Source: Hyphomonadaceae bacterium (lineage in GTDB: Bacteria > Pseudomonadota > Alphaproteobacteria > Caulobacterales > Aquidulcibacteraceae). Taken from it: a DNA stretch of 64,000 nucleotides. Of the stretch, positions 61,381 to 64,000 are shown piece by piece. Both the position numbers and the translations under genes were made by a program. Location of the stretch: contig JAYRYJ010000003.1 in assembly GCA_041917055.1 (NCBI GenBank), positions 153,959 to 217,958 of the forward strand, in the 5' to 3' direction. Position 1 is the first letter of the stretch; each line of letters starts with the position of its first letter. The notes beneath the pieces are model-generated. The model was not told where the DNA came from and searched no databases. It was given only the letters and a program-made list of their open reading frames with translations.

Positions 61381-61761
61381 TCAATTCACAGACAGATTTT
61401 TGCTTAATAGGCCGCTTATTTCTTTGACATAATCGGCCCAATCCTGGACCTTTGGAATGGCGTGAATAAGTGCGCCATTATTTACAAATAACAGACTTGG
61501 CGTGGGCCAGACTTCGAATTTATTCTGCACCAATTTTTCGGCATCCGGCATAACAACACCGATTTTGAAATGGTTTTTGAAGGCTTTATCCAATTGTGGC
61601 AGGATTATTGCGACATCATTGGTTTCAAGATTGCGTTCGGGGTTTCCCGTAACAAATAGCAATAAATCCCCCGATTGCGCCAAAAATTCATCAAGACTTG
61701 CCGCCGTAATTGGCGCATAAAGATTTTGTTCTAATAATTGTTTGATATATTTATCAGGCAT
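61381..61761 (-). CDS. Hydrogenase accessory protein HupG (HyaE-like, thioredoxin-like fold)
   Basis: 126 aa. Position between the HypC-like hupF and hupH. Confidence 0.45.
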   Translation of the reverse strand: MPDKYIKQLLEQNLYAPITAASLDEFLAQSGDLLLFVTGNPERNLETNDVAIILPQLDKAFKNHFKIGVVMPDAEKLVQNKFEVWPTPSLLFVNNGALIHAIPKVQDWADYVKEISGLLSKNLSVN

Positions 61762-62074
61762 TTTTTAACCCAGCGTCATAAGCGTTTTGAAGGTGCGGCG
61801 GCAATTGAGGTTTGCGCTCAATAAGGTCCTTGAAAAATTCGTCGGGGTTTTCACCATCAAAAACCGCGCGAAGGCCGTCAAGCGCATTCGCGATTTCGAG
61901 TGCCTCTTGCGGCTCTAATTTATGGCGCGCGGCACCAAGAAAAACCAAAACAAAATCATTGATTTGCGGATTTTCTATCAAAGAAATATCGATTTCATGG
62001 CGCACGCCATTATCTGTCGCGATAGCAAGCATTTCGCGGATTTCGATAATTTGCATGGGAATGCCGACGCACAT
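61754..62074 (-). CDS. HypC-family hydrogenase chaperone HupF
   Basis: Starts MCVGIPMQII (HypC/HupF Cys2 N-terminus). 106 aa. Confidence 0.7.
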   Translation of the reverse strand: MCVGIPMQIIEIREMLAIATDNGVRHEIDISLIENPQINDFVLVFLGAARHKLEPQEALEIANALDGLRAVFDGENPDEFFKDLIERKPQLPPHLQNAYDAGLKNA

Positions 62075-62700
62075 TATTCAGACCCCCGAAATTGCAAAAA
62101 TCTGTCATCACCATGGCGAAATGCGGTTTCTTCATCAGGTCGCCCAGTTTCATAAGCGGTTTTTGCCAATGCGTCAGCAGTTAGGTTTTCATGGATTTCG
62201 CGCGGCTTTGGTTGAATACCCAATTTCGCCAATTCCGAAAGTGCAGCCGCAATTGCGGGTTCAATTTGCGCCTCAGTTAATGGACGTAAAGACCCGCCAT
62301 AATCTTCGATTTCAACAGGTTGAACGCCAATAAGAACCACGCGTTCGGGTTTCCAACCCATGAATTGCGCACTTGCCAAAACCTCTTGAAAACCGGTTTG
62401 GTGCAAAGACACTTTTTTTGCGCCCATATAGGACGGCACTTCCTCGTCACAAATGATTTTCATCGTGCCGGGTTCGAGGCCATAATCGATTGCGTCAAAA
62501 ACTATTAGAATTTCGCATTCTTGCACGGAAGGGATTAAATATAGACCCTGTGTGCCACCATCCATCAAAGTGACGTTTTCGGGGAATTCGTATTTTGCAT
62601 TCATGGCCTCTAGCGCGCGGACGCCAAAGCCTTCATCGGCCCATAATAAATTGCCAATCCCTAAAACTAGAATATTTTTTTCCAATTCCCACCCACTCAC
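62074..62700 (-). CDS. Hydrogenase maturation endopeptidase HupD (HyaD/HybD family)
   Basis: ILVLGIGNLLWADEGFGVRA…DAIDYGLEPG… matches the HyaD protease signature. Confidence 0.8.
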   Translation of the reverse strand: MSGWELEKNILVLGIGNLLWADEGFGVRALEAMNAKYEFPENVTLMDGGTQGLYLIPSVQECEILIVFDAIDYGLEPGTMKIICDEEVPSYMGAKKVSLHQTGFQEVLASAQFMGWKPERVVLIGVQPVEIEDYGGSLRPLTEAQIEPAIAAALSELAKLGIQPKPREIHENLTADALAKTAYETGRPDEETAFRHGDDRFLQFRGSE

Positions 62701-62765
62701 GCGAAACCTTTGGAGTTTTTGAGCAACCTACTCTCTAACCCCAAAGGTCCAGCTATTTTTATTTT

Positions 62766-63509
62766 TTAGTTCGGATCATCATCCTTAAAGGTTCTGTCAC
62801 CGGAAATCATTGTGGAAACAATAGATTGGCGTGACATAATATCTTCACGAAAAGCAGCATAAATATGGATTATCATAAAGACAATAATGAACCACATTCC
62901 CAAGTGATGCAAAGTATGCACCATTTGGCTTTGACCCAATGATGGAAGAACCCAACCGAAAAGGAAATCAAGGATGCCGCCACGGCCTTTGCCTTCGGAA
63001 TAAAGGGCAAATCCGGTCAATATCATAAAGCTTAGGCCGATTGTCATGAAAAAGAACATTGCCAATTGCGCCAAAGGATTGTGGCCGACATATTTTTTCG
63101 GGCGTTTTTCCAAGAATAAATACCAGCGGATTTCAAACAGGACCTCATCCCACCATTGTTTTGACGCGAATGGCAGTCTGAATAATTGTTTGGCATGGTG
63201 ATTACCGACAAAGGCCCAATAAATGCGCCCCAAAAAGCCGATAAATATTACCCAACCCGCACTAAAATGGACAAAACGTATATAGCCCATCAAAAAGTGC
63301 GAACTTGCTTCACCGGAAAGACTTGGTAATGGCGAACCAATAAAATAGCCGGTGACCATTAAAGTCATAATTGCAAGCGCATTTACCCAATGCCAAAGCC
63401 TCAATGGCGCTTCATAGACATGGACGGCATGGACCCCCGCGACGGGTTTGCCCAATTCGTCTTCCATATCCGGGGAGATTTCAACTGCCTCAAAATGAGA
63501 TGCTGTCAT
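62766..63509 (-). CDS. Ni/Fe-hydrogenase b-type cytochrome subunit HupC (HyaC)
   Basis: 4 TM with conserved His ligands (RLWHWVNALAI…; HTLHHLGMWF). 247 aa. Confidence 0.8.
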   Translation of the reverse strand: MTASHFEAVEISPDMEDELGKPVAGVHAVHVYEAPLRLWHWVNALAIMTLMVTGYFIGSPLPSLSGEASSHFLMGYIRFVHFSAGWVIFIGFLGRIYWAFVGNHHAKQLFRLPFASKQWWDEVLFEIRWYLFLEKRPKKYVGHNPLAQLAMFFFMTIGLSFMILTGFALYSEGKGRGGILDFLFGWVLPSLGQSQMVHTLHHLGMWFIIVFMIIHIYAAFREDIMSRQSIVSTMISGDRTFKDDDPN

Positions 63510-63518
63510 TTTACCCTC

Positions 63519-64000
63519 CTATGACGCGAACATGAAAGCGCCCAAAAGCGCCATTATGCCACCCAAAATCGGTGTTGCTTTGCGAATTTGTGCAAATTTC
63601 AAACCGATTAAAGCCCCGAATAAATGCATTATGGCGGTGGAAATTAATGCGCCAGCCATAAAGCCGATTGTTAAATGGGTTGCCTCAGAGCCATGGGCGT
63701 GACCATGGAATGTCCCGACTAAAAGTGCAAAACCAGCGGCTGCAAGGCTTGGGATCCTGTCTTTTAGGGCCAAAGCCAAACCACCGAAAATGACCGACAA
63801 AGCAATCACACTTTCAGTAAATGGCAGTGAATAACCCAAATATGCCAAAAACATACCGATAATCATGCCACCAACAAAACCAAAAGGCAAAACAAAGGCT
63901 TTGCGATTTTGGTAATTTGCCGCCCAAAGTCCAATAGCAATCATAAAGATTGTATGATCAAGCCCAATCAATGGATGCGCCCACCCTTCGGCGAAATTCG
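63519..64000 (-). CDS. HupE/UreJ-family nickel transporter accessory membrane protein (partial; runs off window end)
   Basis: HGHAHG motif, multi-TM. ORF continues past 63971 to the window edge. Confidence 0.6.
   Translation of the reverse strand, partial: NFAEGWAHPLIGLDHTIFMIAIGLWAANYQNRKAFVLPFGFVGGMIIGMFLAYLGYSLPFTESVIALSVIFGGLALALKDRIPSLAAAGFALLVGTFHGHAHGSEATHLTIGFMAGALISTAIMHLFGALIGLKFAQIRKATPILGGIMALLGAFMFAS

Noticed and set aside
1-64000. tRNA/rRNA genes
   Set aside because: No GGTTCGA(A/T)TCC-type T-arm or its complement was found in any intergenic region. No rRNA-like stretches

Overview
This is a low-GC (~40%) chromosomal window, probably alphaproteobacterial, judged from gene order: rsfS–rlmH–envC-like–ctpA, fixNOQP–fixGHIS, and a Rhizobium-type hup/hyp cluster. 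It contains mostly core housekeeping genes plus one clear accessory island.

**Core genes, left to right:**
- hrcA (partial), then a sigma-54-type promoter in front of a flagellin-family gene.
- rsfS, rlmH, an M23 peptidase (EnvC-like) and ctpA.
- A 1024-aa protein built from three tandem ~160-aa beta-sandwich-like repeats, with no signal peptide.
- A tightly coupled five-gene operon: receiver domain, secreted beta-rich protein, membrane-anchored HEAT-repeat protein, processive GT2 synthase, Hpt protein.
- A convergent sigma-54 enhancer-binding response regulator.
- A RusA-like remnant, a FIST protein and two tandem paralogous membrane proteins.
- The complete cbb3 oxidase locus, ccoNOQP plus ccoGHIS, including the small ccoQ and ccoS that the ORF track missed.

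**Accessory island (about 27.2–35.3 kb):** an array of RHS/YD-repeat 'orphan' C-terminal toxin cassettes.
- There are at least four modules. Each has a near-identical ~440-nt RHS core 3' fragment ending in a DPxG motif, then an unrelated C-terminal toxin domain, then a small putative immunity gene overlapping the toxin's stop.
- Every module is preceded by the same ~160-bp non-RHS element. The element carries a 13-nt perfect palindrome (AATGCGTCGCATT) and supplies an in-frame ATG.
- Two further copies of the element are 'empty' and share a different right-hand junction (TGACGGGG).
- One toxin is split by a single in-frame TAA.
- No full-length rhs gene is present in the window.
- The island ends at a CPBP (CAAX-protease/Abi) membrane protein and an AraC regulator.
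- I consider this cassette-leader element plus orphan array the most likely undescribed system here.

**Downstream of the island:** PCu(A)C copper chaperone, pheST, rplT/rpmI, PhzF, flotillin, malyl-CoA-lyase-like, xerC/D, aroK–aroB, CorC, bolA and a J-domain protein. The window ends with a [NiFe]-hydrogenase accessory cluster, hupE–C–D–F–G–H–I/J–K then hypABCDE, with no hypF and no hupSL inside the window.
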